Assembly (NCBI GenBank): GCA_016932785.1
Contig: JAFGCJ010000001.1
Span: 10,909 to 74,908, forward strand
Source: Candidatus Dojkabacteria bacterium
GTDB taxonomy: Bacteria; Patescibacteriota; Dojkabacteria; SC72; JAFGCJ01
DNA length: 64,000 bases
Reading direction: 5' to 3'
The notes below the pieces were generated by a model, which did no database searches, was not told where the DNA came from, and worked only from the letters and a program-made list of their open reading frames with translations. Of the stretch, positions 1-10,900 are shown one piece after another. A program made the translations under genes and the position numbers. The stretch's first letter is position 1, and each line of letters begins with the position of its first letter.

Positions 1-176
1 TTTGATACAAGATTTGCTGTGTCTACGATCTTCTGGTCTCCAGTATAGAACGGATGACACTTTGAGCATAGCTCTGTAGTGATGTTGTCTGTAGTAGATC
101 CTGTAACGAAAGTGTTGCCACAGGAGCATGTGACCGTTACATTGTGATTGTACTTTGGATGTATCTTTGCTTTCAT
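1..176 (-). CDS. rpmE: 50S ribosomal protein L31 (C-terminus runs off the window start)
   Basis: Manual reverse-complement translation from the ATG at 176-174 gives [59 protein letters not shown]. This is the classic L31 pattern (IHPKY, C-x-C-G, CSxCHPFYTG). The ORF is not in the supplied track because it is truncated by the window edge. Confidence 0.9.
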   Translation of the reverse strand, partial: MKAKIHPKYNHNVTVTCSCGNTFVTGSTTDNITTELCSKCHPFYTGDQKIVDTANLVS

Positions 177-335
177 GCTGGATGGGATTATATCAGGGGT
201 TTGGGGGAGAATCAAATGTTCAAAATCGTGACCTTTCGAATATTTTAAACTTCAAATATGTTGTAGGAGTCTTTCTAGTAATATTTCGAAAAAGGTGTCT
301 TTTGGGTCGAAACCGATCGGACGAACACCGCATCC

Positions 336-363
336 TTGACATATACCCCGCGGGGTATATAAT
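336..363 (+). promoter_or_regulatory. Sigma70-like promoter upstream of the CsoR-family gene
   Basis: TTGACA at 336-341, a 16-nt spacer, then TATAAT at 358-363. The spacer and -10 element are occupied by a perfect palindrome. Confidence 0.6.
341..360. promoter_or_regulatory. Perfect 20-bp palindrome ATATACCCCG/CGGGGTATAT, a candidate CsoR-family operator
   Basis: Read directly: atataccccgcggggtatat equals its own reverse complement. AT-flanked C/G-tract inverted repeats are the known operator type for the CsoR/RcnR family. The site sits between the -35 and -10 elements, 89 nt upstream of the repressor ATG. Confidence 0.6.
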
Positions 364-448
364 CACGGGTAGATTTAAGTATATTTAATGGTCGATGATT
401 GACCATTACTTGTGTTTTCGACTATTTAAATTAAGTTTTTGTTGTTTT

Positions 449-676
449 ATGCCGAAAAAAGGGAAATCTTCTCTTGAAGATAGACTACATAGGATAGAGG
501 GGCAGATACGTGGTGTCGAGTCTATGGTAGAGGGAGAATCTGATCTTAGTAAAGTGATTGTTCAGCTTCAGGCTGTTATATCAGCCTTGGAAAGTGTAAA
601 ATTGGAAATTGTGAAGAGGAAGATCAAGACCAGTGTTGAGGATCAAGTTCTTGGAGCTTTGGAGCTTCTCAAGTAA
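449..676 (+). CDS. CsoR/RcnR/FrmR-family (DUF156) transcriptional repressor lacking the canonical Cys/His sensing residues
   Basis: The segment LEDRLHRIEGQIRGVESMVE...VIVQLQAVISALESV matches the family signature RLxRIEGQxRG...Q..A...AL. I moved the start to the ATG at 449 (MPKKGKSS), because the first 18 codons of the tracked ORF look like 5' leader. The protein contains no Cys, and its only His is in LHRIEGQ. Confidence 0.8.
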   Translation: MPKKGKSSLEDRLHRIEGQIRGVESMVEGESDLSKVIVQLQAVISALESVKLEIVKRKIKTSVEDQVLGALELLK

Positions 677-696
677 ATTTAGGATTGTGCTTTGTA

Positions 697-1413
697 ATGT
701 CTCCAAGTAAGAAGAATCGTAGTGATTCAGCGGAATCGCATAAAGCCTGCTCGGGCAAGAAAGAAAAGAAATCAAAAAAATCTAAGAAGTCTAATGTATT
801 TGCCAAAGTTTCATTAGCTGTATTTTCTATAATGGGTGTGGTAGTTCTTATAATGCCTTTTATGCCAAATATTATTTTTTGGCTTAGAGACCTTATGGGT
901 AATGTTGAATATGATCCCCAGGAAGTTAGGGCCAGGATTCAGGGTGAGGGTGGACGGGGGGATTCTGAAGATGGTTTTCAAAATACGAGAATTCTTATTC
1001 CGGAGATCGGACTTAATGCTCCTGTGGTTGAAGGTGAGGACGAGAGTGTAATGGACCAAGGTGCCTGGCACAGGCCGGGAACAGGGAATCCTATTGATGG
1101 GGGAAATACCGTTATTACAGGGCATAGATTTAGATATTTGCCTCCGAATAATTTGACATTTTACCATCTTGATAAGGTTGAGAAGGGTGATGAAGTTATT
1201 CTTTTTTGGGATGGAGTTGAGTTTGATTATATAGTTACTGAAACTTTTGTTGTGGATCCGGATAGGACTGATATCGAGGGGAATACTGTTGAACCCAAGC
1301 TTACGTTGTATACCTGTACGCCTCTTTGGACTGCGCAGAAAAGGCTTGTTGTAATAGCAGAGCCGGTCAATGATGAAGGAGATTTGGAGGAGATCGAAAT
1401 TGATGGTGTTTAG
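697..1413 (+). CDS. Sortase-family transpeptidase with an N-terminal membrane anchor
   Basis: N-terminal K-rich region plus a TM segment (VSLAVFSIMGVVVLIMPF). Catalytic pattern VITGHRFRY ... LTLYTCTP ... KRLVV gives the His/Cys/Arg triad. The ATG at 697 is preferred over the TTG at 685. The gene starts about 20 nt after the CsoR-like stop. Confidence 0.8.
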   Translation: MSPSKKNRSDSAESHKACSGKKEKKSKKSKKSNVFAKVSLAVFSIMGVVVLIMPFMPNIIFWLRDLMGNVEYDPQEVRARIQGEGGRGDSEDGFQNTRILIPEIGLNAPVVEGEDESVMDQGAWHRPGTGNPIDGGNTVITGHRFRYLPPNNLTFYHLDKVEKGDEVILFWDGVEFDYIVTETFVVDPDRTDIEGNTVEPKLTLYTCTPLWTAQKRLVVIAEPVNDEGDLEEIEIDGV

Positions 1414-1525
1414 TGTTGGATTATTCTAGTTGAAATTAGTAGTGAAAAACTGGCATAATCTATTTGCCACTTGAAAGAGTTTCCGAACCCGAGTTGTTCT
1501 GGATGATTAATAATTTTAGTATTAA

Positions 1526-2188
1526 ATGGTAATGGAATTGACATATTATGGTTTAAGCTGTTTCAGGATAAAATCAGGATCTGCTTGTTTAGTAACAGAT
1601 CCTTTCAATATAAGGGGTCTTGGGATCAGTATTCCTAATCTGGAGGCTGATATGGTTCTCTATACTGGAGATCCTGAAAAACTTGGAGACTGCAGTAGTA
1701 AGTTGAAGACTTCCGAGGCACGGGCTCAGTCGGGTCAGTCATATTTCGAGGTGGCTGAACCTGGAGAGTATGAGGTTGGTGGTATTTTCGTCAGGGTTTA
1801 CAGTGACTCTTCGGTCTCTGTTATAACGAGTGAGAACGTGAATGTTTGCTACTTGGGAATGATTTCTGGTCATGCCCCTTCGATTGATGAGATTGAGGAT
1901 GTTGGGAATATAGACTATCTCATTGTGCCAGTGGGTAACGGGGTGAGCTTTATTGACTGGAAGAATCTGGATAAGGTTATCAAAGATATTGATCCTGCTG
2001 TTGTAATTCCGTCTTGTTACAAACTGGATGGGTTGAAAGGAGACTTCTCGGATTTGAAGAAAGCTGAGGAATTTCTAAACGAATTTGGTTTTGGAGCTGT
2101 AGAGCCTGAGAAGAAACTGAGTCTTGTACCAGTCAGTCGCAATGAGGACTATCAGATGAAAGCGGTTGTACTTGAGAAGAGAGGCTAG
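1526..2188 (+). CDS. Metallo-beta-lactamase-fold hydrolase-like protein (UPF0173-like)
   Basis: The N-terminus MELTYYGLSCFRIKSG..CLVTDPF resembles the MBL-fold family that begins ITWLGHSxF....ilIDPF. The size is about 220 aa. The metal-binding His motif appears degenerate. Confidence 0.5.
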   Translation: MVMELTYYGLSCFRIKSGSACLVTDPFNIRGLGISIPNLEADMVLYTGDPEKLGDCSSKLKTSEARAQSGQSYFEVAEPGEYEVGGIFVRVYSDSSVSVITSENVNVCYLGMISGHAPSIDEIEDVGNIDYLIVPVGNGVSFIDWKNLDKVIKDIDPAVVIPSCYKLDGLKGDFSDLKKAEEFLNEFGFGAVEPEKKLSLVPVSRNEDYQMKAVVLEKRG

Positions 2189-2334
2189 CCGTTGTTCTGT
2201 TAATCACTGCCCAGTGAGTATCGATAGATGATTCGTGCCATCGCATGTCTCGGGTAAATTATGAGCAGTCGAATGCATTGAAGACTGAGATTTGCGATGA
2301 GACGATCTAAGCTGTAAAATCTCGACCAACTCTT

Positions 2335-3666
2335 ATGGCAAATGCAAACGTTCCACCTCAAAATGTCGATGCAGAGAAATCCGTTCTAGGTTCAATTCTC
2401 ATGGGAAAAGATGCCCTTATTAAAGTGGCAGAATTTCTTTTACCGGAGCATTTCTATGATCCAAAGCATCGAGATATTTATGATGCTACTATGGAGCTTT
2501 TTGACGAAGGCCTTCCTGTTGATATTGTGACTCTAGCTGATAAGCTAAAGAGCAAGAAGAAACTTAGAAGAATTGGAGGGAGATCATATCTGACTGAATT
2601 GGTTGAGAATGTTCCGACGGCGGCACATGCAGAAGATTATGGGCAAATTGTTAAAGCTCTGAGTACTCGTCGGAGTCTGATTTCTGCAGCTTCGAAAATA
2701 AATGGTGTAGCATTCGATGAAGAAAGAGATATTGCTGATATTCTGGATGAGTGTGAGCAGGAGTTGTTTTCAATTTCTCAGGCAAGCCTTCGTGAGAAAT
2801 TTATTCATATACGTGAGCTCCTCAAGGATGCCTATGAGCGTGCGGAAACTATTGATCAGAAAAAAGACAAATTGACCGGAGTTCCAAGTGGATTTAAGGT
2901 ACTTGATAATATTTTAGGTGGGTTCCAGCCTTCGGATATGGTAGTGCTTGCGGCACGCCCATCCGTTGGTAAAACTGCCCTTGCTTTGGATATAGCCCGC
3001 CATGCTTCGGTAGTCGAGAAGAAGAAGATTGCCTTCTTTTCACTCGAAATGTCTGATATGCAGCTTATGGATCGTATGCTTGGAATGCAGGCGAGGGTCC
3101 CTTTCTGGGATATGAAAATGGGGAAACTTAAGGATGAGGCATTTGAGAGAATAGCTGATGCTATGGGACAACTGGCTGAGGCTGAAATTTTTATCGATGA
3201 TAAGCCTGGGCAAAGTGTTATGGAGGTCCGGACCAAGGCCCGTAGATTGCAGCTGGAACAGGGCGTTGATTTGGTAGTCGTTGACTATATGCAGCTGATG
3301 CACTCTCGCAATCTTGAGAATCGTGTCCAGGAGGTATCTGAGATATCTATGGGCATGAAGAATCTGGCACGTGAATTAAAGGTGCCGGTGCTTGTTCTGT
3401 CACAGCTGTCGCGTGCAGTTGAACAGAGAGCTGACAGAATACCTCAGCTTAGTGATCTTCGTGAGAGCGGCAGTATTGAGCAGGATGCCGATGTTGTAGT
3501 CTTTTTGCACAGGGAGGAACAATATAATCCTGACACGGATCGGAAAGGGATTGCGGATTTGATTATATCTAAGCACAGAAACGGTCCAACGGGGAGGTAC
3601 GAACTTGCGTTTGTTAAGGAGTTGGGTAGCTTTAGGAATTTAGAGAAGAAGAGGAAAGAGGAGTAG
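2335..3666 (+). CDS. dnaB: Replicative DNA helicase DnaB
   Basis: PPQNVDAEKSVLGSIL (DnaB N-terminus), GFQPSDMVVLAARPSVGKTALAL (Walker A), VVVDYMQLM (Walker B) and SGSIEQDADVVVFLHRE. Confidence 0.95.
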   Translation: MANANVPPQNVDAEKSVLGSILMGKDALIKVAEFLLPEHFYDPKHRDIYDATMELFDEGLPVDIVTLADKLKSKKKLRRIGGRSYLTELVENVPTAAHAEDYGQIVKALSTRRSLISAASKINGVAFDEERDIADILDECEQELFSISQASLREKFIHIRELLKDAYERAETIDQKKDKLTGVPSGFKVLDNILGGFQPSDMVVLAARPSVGKTALALDIARHASVVEKKKIAFFSLEMSDMQLMDRMLGMQARVPFWDMKMGKLKDEAFERIADAMGQLAEAEIFIDDKPGQSVMEVRTKARRLQLEQGVDLVVVDYMQLMHSRNLENRVQEVSEISMGMKNLARELKVPVLVLSQLSRAVEQRADRIPQLSDLRESGSIEQDADVVVFLHREEQYNPDTDRKGIADLIISKHRNGPTGRYELAFVKELGSFRNLEKKRKEE

Positions 3667-3722
3667 TCTTTTCTGGGGATTTTGTAGCTTTCGGGTTTCA
3701 CTTATTCGGGCTGGTATAAGGC

Positions 3723-6059
3723 TTGATTTTGGGGTACAATAAAGCCCATATTGTTTTACTAAGATGTAATCAGATTAAAACCGTGTCAGCTTCAGTTGAT
3801 GGTTCAGATCTGCCCGGTGTCTCTCAGGATGGTCATGTATTATCTGATGTTCTAGGTCCTGTCGGACCTCATCCCGATTCACTTCCCGGCGAAATTTTTG
3901 TATCTATTGAACAGCGCAGAGATTCATCCCCGGAAGCAATCTTTGCTGCTAGGGTAGATCTTCTTAAGGCCCTGGAGCCTATGGGTGTATCCGGTTTTGG
4001 TACAGAAGAAGAAGGTAGAGATTTTCTGGTGGAGGTTTTTGATGGAACCCTTGAAATGCTCAGATGCTGGCAGGACAGATTAGACGAATCGGCAGTGCTT
4101 GAGTTTCATAGGTGTGCTATCTCTATTTTCCCTGAATCAGAACTACCTCTAAGGATAGCAGAGTGGATGAAGGGCTTTTCGAGGATACATGCTTTGATAG
4201 AAACAGCAGGTGCCCAGCAAAATCCTGCACTTATGGCTAGGGTGCACCGTGAAATTATATTTGAATATGCCGTGAGGGCTCAGAGGTGTCCAAATTTGTT
4301 GTGGCCTCTTGAGCCGTCGATATCTAGGAGGGATGAACAGTGTATGGGGTTCAATAGAGTATTAGAACACCTAGCCCGGACGGTAGTTGAAAGAATGCCG
4401 TACTATGCTACATTTATGGCGCTTCCGGCCATAGAGGAAATAAATGATGTTGATATGAGAAGTCGAACTATTGTTGCATTGGTTGAAAGGTTAAGAAGAA
4501 GAAACATTGGGAGTAGTGAGCCTGCGGAAAAGCTGGCTCTGTTTGAATTAAGAAATTTTTTACTTGCGAAACTTTTTTCTGGTGAGGATGGAACAGAGTC
4601 AGCAGATTCTCGTGCTGCAATTGCCTCATTTGCCGTTGCTGCTTTAGAGGATAGGGGTCATTCAATGCCGTCGGCATGGGTTTCCCGATACCAGAGGGAA
4701 TATAAAAGTCTTGCGGATAGTGGAAAAAGAGCTGATCGGATTAGGGCACTAGCCGATATTGGGTGGATATGGCCGGGCTCGGATACTGCCTTAGGATATG
4801 CGACTAGACTTTGGGAATCTGGGGTTTTTAGTGATAAATGGAAGAGAGTAGAGCTTGCTATGTCGGTAGTAGATGCCGGAATAAGCATCGGTCTCGTAAG
4901 AAACCCTGTTTATCTTATGGGTGATTTATTGAAAAAAGCCAGAAGGTGGGAATACAGAGGTGGGGTGGGTCCGCGCGCTGAAGCAGTTGACAGGGTGGCT
5001 GAAAGGTTTTCTCTGACTTGTGCGTTACTGGTGAGATCTCAGGCCGGTCTGATACAAGATAGGGATCTTTCCCAGAGAGTGCTGCGTGATGAAGATGATT
5101 CAATGGAGCTCTCTTATAAGGTGCTTCATCGTCTTTCAACCCGTATTAAAGGCTTTGCTCGGGAGGGTATTATGATGGATCAGGCAAGAATGAATCTGGC
5201 AACCTCTGCCGCATGGCTTGGAGATAGAAAAATATTTGAGGAGGCTCTTGAGAGTGTTACGGAGCCTGACGTGATACTTCCGTATATTCCCGGGATTATT
5301 GAGGCGTGGGCCTGTAGAGGTGAGTGGGAAACGGCAGTAAAGATTTATGAGATGTGGTTCGAGGATATTGAGCCGAGTGTAGTAGCGGAAATTAGCGATT
5401 ACAGCAGAATAGAACTGCAGGCAAGAAGCACGATGCTTTATGTTAGAAGTCTTTTTGGGGCTAGTTGTGCACGCGAGGAGGGAGATGTCCGTCCGGAAAA
5501 TACTGTGGTTAAAGAATTATGGTTGGATCCTGAGAAAGAAAGTGCCATGGCTGATATTGCGGGTCTGATAGAAGCCGAAATTGACTTTTGGCTGGCCAGG
5601 CTAGAAGGTACTTTGCCTGAAGGGGTACAGCCTCGGGGAGGATATTTTACCCCTAACAATACTAGTGTAGACAATAGCGCACTTAAAAAATACCTTGTGT
5701 ATAAAACAGCTCTGGATGTGGACGGCATTGAATTTGAAGGTCAAGCAGCAAGGGCTGTTATTATTTTCACGCAAAGGGCACGGTCCAAAGGTCCTATCTG
5801 GCAAAAGGATGCAAGTAGACGAGCTATAACCTGGGCCAGAGTGTCAATTTTCATTGAAAAACCTGAAGCAGAATCAGAGGAGGGTTCCAAGGATCCGGAT
5901 TTGGAGTTTAGGCTTTCTTCTTTGGCTAATATCTCTGATATTTATGAAGGCAGACAGAGAAATGGCAAACCCTTTCCCGAAGTTGCACTTAAGATGCGTA
6001 CGGCTCTAACGGATATCTTTGATTCTATTAGAGCTAGATCAAATATAGCTCTAAAATAA
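3723..6059 (+). CDS. Large hypothetical protein (about 760-778 aa), predicted helical; paralogous C-terminal segment shared with the next ORF
   Basis: Long uninterrupted ORF with visibly higher G+C than dnaB. The start is uncertain (TTG at 3723 or GTG at 3783). I recognise no domain. Confidence 0.6.
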   Translation: MILGYNKAHIVLLRCNQIKTVSASVDGSDLPGVSQDGHVLSDVLGPVGPHPDSLPGEIFVSIEQRRDSSPEAIFAARVDLLKALEPMGVSGFGTEEEGRDFLVEVFDGTLEMLRCWQDRLDESAVLEFHRCAISIFPESELPLRIAEWMKGFSRIHALIETAGAQQNPALMARVHREIIFEYAVRAQRCPNLLWPLEPSISRRDEQCMGFNRVLEHLARTVVERMPYYATFMALPAIEEINDVDMRSRTIVALVERLRRRNIGSSEPAEKLALFELRNFLLAKLFSGEDGTESADSRAAIASFAVAALEDRGHSMPSAWVSRYQREYKSLADSGKRADRIRALADIGWIWPGSDTALGYATRLWESGVFSDKWKRVELAMSVVDAGISIGLVRNPVYLMGDLLKKARRWEYRGGVGPRAEAVDRVAERFSLTCALLVRSQAGLIQDRDLSQRVLRDEDDSMELSYKVLHRLSTRIKGFAREGIMMDQARMNLATSAAWLGDRKIFEEALESVTEPDVILPYIPGIIEAWACRGEWETAVKIYEMWFEDIEPSVVAEISDYSRIELQARSTMLYVRSLFGASCAREEGDVRPENTVVKELWLDPEKESAMADIAGLIEAEIDFWLARLEGTLPEGVQPRGGYFTPNNTSVDNSALKKYLVYKTALDVDGIEFEGQAARAVIIFTQRARSKGPIWQKDASRRAITWARVSIFIEKPEAESEEGSKDPDLEFRLSSLANISDIYEGRQRNGKPFPEVALKMRTALTDIFDSIRARSNIALK

Positions 6060-6114
6060 AGAAAACTACAGGATAGATACCCTAGTTGGGAGTAATTTTT
6101 AGAAGAGAAAAACC

Positions 6115-7875
6115 ATGAGTGCAGGAATGACGGCTGGCGAAACAGGTGGCGGAGAGGCTACTGCCTCCTTGGCTCCTCTTAGTGATGAGATTGATGGATT
6201 AATGGCAGATGAGGGTAGGAATGGTACTGAAAATCGGCATGTTACTTTAGAATCACTTGCGGCTGACTTGGAAAGTCTTGACGACCTTGGACCCGAGGAA
6301 AGGATTCGGGCCAGAATTGCCTTGATTGATGCCATGAGTTTTGATGATTCCTTAACACAGGAAAGGGTAAGATGTCCTGGGGTTGACGTTCGAGGCCTAT
6401 TTGAAGGTGCTATTGATTGCCTTGATGGGATGGAGCCATTTCCTGGGAGATATCGATTTGGGAATGAGCTTCATGATCAGGCCTTGAGGTTGTATCGCGC
6501 TGGTGCTCTTAGAGATATTCCCGACCAGATATTAGAGCATCTTAGTGAGTTTCATAGGATAGAGCGGCTTGAGGAAACAGCACGAAGAATTGGTCGAGGT
6601 GGTGCACTGGTGAGAGCTATGGAGGAGCTGGCAAGTGTGGAGCAGAGGATGATTATGGGGGCTGCTGCTGCTATACATAGTGATGAGGAAATTCGACGTC
6701 AGATGGATGTGATTGAACAACTGTATTCTGGGTTGGCAGTTGCGGCTACTGATAGTCTTGATCTTAACTATGCTCCGTGGGCTATTCCTTTTCTAGCTAA
6801 AGTTAGAGATCCTAGAGTAGCTATACCTACAGCCATACAGGTGACTAAGAATTTGCTTAGGTATGAGGGATCACCGTTGGCATCGTGGGTAGCGGGACGT
6901 CTTTTATTTCAAGTGAGTCAATCTATTAATTGGGCAGGCGATGATAAAGCACGACCGAGAAGTATACAATATGATGATATTGCGTCTGTGGCCTCACTTT
7001 CCCAGCGTATAGACTATTCAGCTGTAGTCCCTTATCGTGAAATGATCGATAAGGCGGCACTAATATTGAAGGAACCTCGCGATGGAATGCCTAATGTTAC
7101 AGTAATTGCTAATGAAGTTAGATATGCTGTAGCTACAGGACAACTAGATTTGCTGGATGGAATATCGGAAAAAATAATTGGTACGAGAATGACTCATCGG
7201 GATAGGGTAGACCTTACTTCTTGGGCCTCATCTGAATTAATGAAGGCAGGCCATTTTCATGAAATAATTGCATTATGTCATGACCTTATCGGTAGAAACC
7301 CTAGGCGTCTTTTACGTTCTGAAAATCCAAAGATATGGACCTTGGATGTTGTTTGTGAGATTGCTTGTTCTTTTTCCAGAGATTGGACTAAGGCATGTCT
7401 TGGTCTTACACGTGATAGGGTGCACGCAGCGTTGGTTAGGGAGTATAGAGAAGGTGTTCCGAGAAGTTTTCTCGATGGAGTATTAAAGCAGGTTAGAGAT
7501 CTGGAAATACATGGATCTGCTGAAGATGCTGATGAACGGCGCTATACTATGATGCAGTGTAGGCATTTTCTTGCTAAGACGGCAGCATGGGTGGGCGAGG
7601 AGGATTTACTGCTTGGATTGGTTGAGTATAGTGGAAGTGATCCTTTGTTTTGGGAGTCTGTTCCAGAGATAATCTATGCTTGTGAGTGTAGAAGAGACCA
7701 TGGTTTGGCCATTAGGATTTATTCGATTGTCTTTGGTCGATTTTGGAGGGGCGATGCGGATAGTTCTGATGGGTTTAGGCTTTCTGAATTTCTTTCGCGG
7801 TGCGGTATAGCAAAGGCCCAAATGGAATGGGAGGAAGCTTTGGCAAGAGAGAGGGGACCGTACGGTATTCTCTAG
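6115..7875 (+). CDS. Large hypothetical protein (586 aa), a partial paralog of the 3723-6059 product
   Basis: LAKTAAWVGEEDLLLGLVEYSGSDPLFWESVPEIIYACECRRDHGLAIRIYSIVF aligns by eye with LATSAAWLGDRKIFEEALESVTEPDVILPYIPGIIEAWACRGEWETAVKIYEMWF of the upstream ORF. I recognise no domain. Confidence 0.6.
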   Translation: MSAGMTAGETGGGEATASLAPLSDEIDGLMADEGRNGTENRHVTLESLAADLESLDDLGPEERIRARIALIDAMSFDDSLTQERVRCPGVDVRGLFEGAIDCLDGMEPFPGRYRFGNELHDQALRLYRAGALRDIPDQILEHLSEFHRIERLEETARRIGRGGALVRAMEELASVEQRMIMGAAAAIHSDEEIRRQMDVIEQLYSGLAVAATDSLDLNYAPWAIPFLAKVRDPRVAIPTAIQVTKNLLRYEGSPLASWVAGRLLFQVSQSINWAGDDKARPRSIQYDDIASVASLSQRIDYSAVVPYREMIDKAALILKEPRDGMPNVTVIANEVRYAVATGQLDLLDGISEKIIGTRMTHRDRVDLTSWASSELMKAGHFHEIIALCHDLIGRNPRRLLRSENPKIWTLDVVCEIACSFSRDWTKACLGLTRDRVHAALVREYREGVPRSFLDGVLKQVRDLEIHGSAEDADERRYTMMQCRHFLAKTAAWVGEEDLLLGLVEYSGSDPLFWESVPEIIYACECRRDHGLAIRIYSIVFGRFWRGDADSSDGFRLSEFLSRCGIAKAQMEWEEALARERGPYGIL

Positions 7876-7966
7876 GTGTAGATGAGAGAGACGTATGTTT
7901 CTTCGCTGTTGACTTTATCACTTCAGATTTATAATATGAAAACAGACTAATCTGACGATATTATCC

Positions 7967-10900
7967 ATGTCTGGGGATTCACTTTATTCATCTGGAGTTT
8001 CAGCAGAAAAATATTCTGGTAATCTTGACCGTGGGGATAGTACTTCCAGTGTGTCTAGCGAAGAGTCTGAAGAAGGTTATGAGGCATTGGTTGCTGGTAA
8101 TGTTGATCAGCAACGGGTCGCTGCTATGACAAGACTTCATGAAGGTTTTGTTTCTCAATTGGAGGCTCTCGATGAGCTTCTGGTTGATCCTTTTGCTGAA
8201 ATTGTATCGAGGGGAATGTTTCGTGAACCCTTTGATGCAATGATGGCAAACTTTCGGGGACGTCAATTATCCTGTATCCAATTTCTTGCCCGTGAGGGGG
8301 TGACGTTAGAAAACTTGGCTCAGATAGTCCTGGGTGGTGTCTTGGTTCATGAGTCTAAAGCATATTCCCGTGAAGAAGATGTGTTGTCCATGATAGGAGA
8401 GAATTTTCTTACTCAAATGTCTGGATTGTATGGATCTAGTAAAGCGGAGATTCCTGGAGACCTGGAGACAGATGTATTTTTGATTGGTGGTGGTGCGGCA
8501 TTGGGGGTGATTCTGGATATTCCGGAGCCGACCGGCCGTGCAGACATGGAATCTATAGAATATCTTGTTAATACTTTTGGGATTAGGATCTTTAATGATG
8601 AAGGTGAGGAAATACCGATGGAGGAGGACGGTGAGATGACTCTAGAACAGGCTCAAACGGTATGGAGAACGCTTCAGTCATGGAGGAGTCTGACGGTAGA
8701 TCGTTCCATGCTTCCCACTGAGTTTAAGGAAACTTTTCCTGGAGATGTTGTTGTATTCTTTGGTTATCCCGATGAACAATCAGTAAGACATGAGTCAGAG
8801 GAGGTCTTTCATCACTACCTCAGGGATCAAATGGTTTCCTATCTCAAAGAACAGGAATCTACAGCTTTAGTTCCGGATGTGTCATATACTCCTAGGACGA
8901 TATCGGAAATAGTTGGGATGACAGATGAAGACTGTCTTCGTCTATATGGTAGAGGCAGAAGAGAAGTGATAGAGGGTATTAGAGATGCTGATCGTTCAGT
9001 TTTAGCTTGGAGTATTGCTGCTCCGGCGTTATCTGAAATTAGTTCAATTCTGAGTGAGGATGAGGAACTTGTTGAGTTGGAGGGAGTTAGATTTATTGAG
9101 CAGCTTGCCTCTAGAAGTATTGGTTCCTTGGGTATACTTCCTGGGTCTGAGAGAATGGCAGCAATCAATGGCTTATCGAAGGAGGATATAGCGAAAATTC
9201 TTGAGGCATATGTTGAGGCGTATACGTTAGTTCGGGCTGTTCGTGGCAAGGTCTGTGAATTATTGCAGGAGAAAAATCCTAGAGAAGTGGCCAATCTGCT
9301 TCATGCATATTTTGGAAACCCTGTTAATTTTTTGCTTCATGGGGAGCGGGAGGAACTAGGAAGAGCCGATGGAAGTGACAGTTATTCTCGTTTTGAGGCT
9401 CAGAGGAGAAGAAATCTTGACGCGCTGACTACTTCTTTGGCAGTTTTGAAAAGGGACCAAATTCCGGAAGAAGGTCCAGAGGTTGTTAGAGGAGTTCTCG
9501 GGCTGGAAGATTTCTCAGAAGGTGAGGATGAGGGTGCTAAACCTGAGCAATATTATGTGGATACGAGGTTTGAGAGTCGATTTATTCAAGATAAAGGGAC
9601 TATTCCTGCGTGTGGTGCGGTGGTTGAGTTTGATCTTATCCCTTCGCATGGAACGACTGTGGCTATTACAATAGGAGAGGCTGGTGCTGGCGGTGGGATG
9701 AGTTCCTCGAGGAAAGCGGCTCTTGCAGCAGAGGTGAGTGGTGCGCCAGCAGGATTCAGAAGGTACGTAATTTTAGGTAAGGGCGATAGGAGGACAGATA
9801 TCTATATGGATACCGACGGACAGGTTGTTAGGTACTATAGATCTAATGCAGGCGCTGCTGACCAGAGTCTTAGTGAGCTAGAATTTCAACAAGCGTGTTC
9901 GACACATCCCGAATCCAATATGTTCTTCCTAAAAGAGGCTACGGTTGCTCTTCCTGGTGGTGAGGCGTTTGCACAGTCGTTGATAGATCTGTCTGATCTT
10001 CCGTTTACCTTCGTTCCAAAAAGTGTCTTCGAGAGACTTGATGCCGAAGGAAGAACTGAGCTTCTAGATAAAAATATCTTTCAGTTGAGTATTGCCGTTC
10101 AGCGTTTATTGCAAAACCTTGATATCCATAATGCATCTTCGTTTCTAGATAATAGGTTTACCATTGGAAGGGTAGAGCTCTCACTTCAGGAGTATATTAG
10201 AAGGATTGTTGTTTCTGCTTATAGAGCTGACTATTCTAGAGCAACGCGGTATTTTGGAACAGCTTCCAATGGTCTTGCACAAAGGCTTCATATTAGGTCT
10301 GCTGATTTAGATCAATACAGTTCTGTTGTCTATGATGGTGCTTCTGAGGAGCCTTTTGCAGTTCTTCGCAATGCTAATCAAAGTTTAGTTGATGGGGTGG
10401 AGCAGTTTGTGCTTCAGGTACTTGAGCCTGAGTTGCAGGCCGCAATTAGGCGTGCAAGTAGAGAGGCTGCTGTGGGTAGAGTTGTTGCTGGTACCGGGAT
10501 GGCGGAAAGTGTTGTGCCGGTAGCTGCGTCTACGTTGAATCATGTAGGATTGGGAGATAAGGGTGGATCGAGACGAATACTGGTGACATTGTTTCCATGG
10601 ATAGAGAATATGGTTGGCGATCTAGCGGACTTTCGTGATCAGTTGAAGGCTTCTCCCTCGAGAGATCAGTTGCTGAAGATAGGATTAAGTCTTTGTAATG
10701 CGCTGGGAGGAGTTGCACATGAGGGACTGAACGTTGTCCATCGAGATGTGAAACCACAGAATGTCTTGATTGTAGGATCAAATATGGAAAAGGTTTTGCT
10801 TGGAGACTTTGGGATTTCTGTTCATAAGGGTTCGACTATGACAGTATCTGATCTGGACTCAAGTTCAAGTGCCGGCAGGACAGCACTGATGGGGACTCCT

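Noticed and set aside
155-388. 77-aa + strand ORF between rpmE and the CsoR-like gene
   Set aside because: It overlaps the rpmE 5' end and the promoter/operator region. The sequence is low-complexity with no motif, so the interval is better explained as divergent regulatory DNA.
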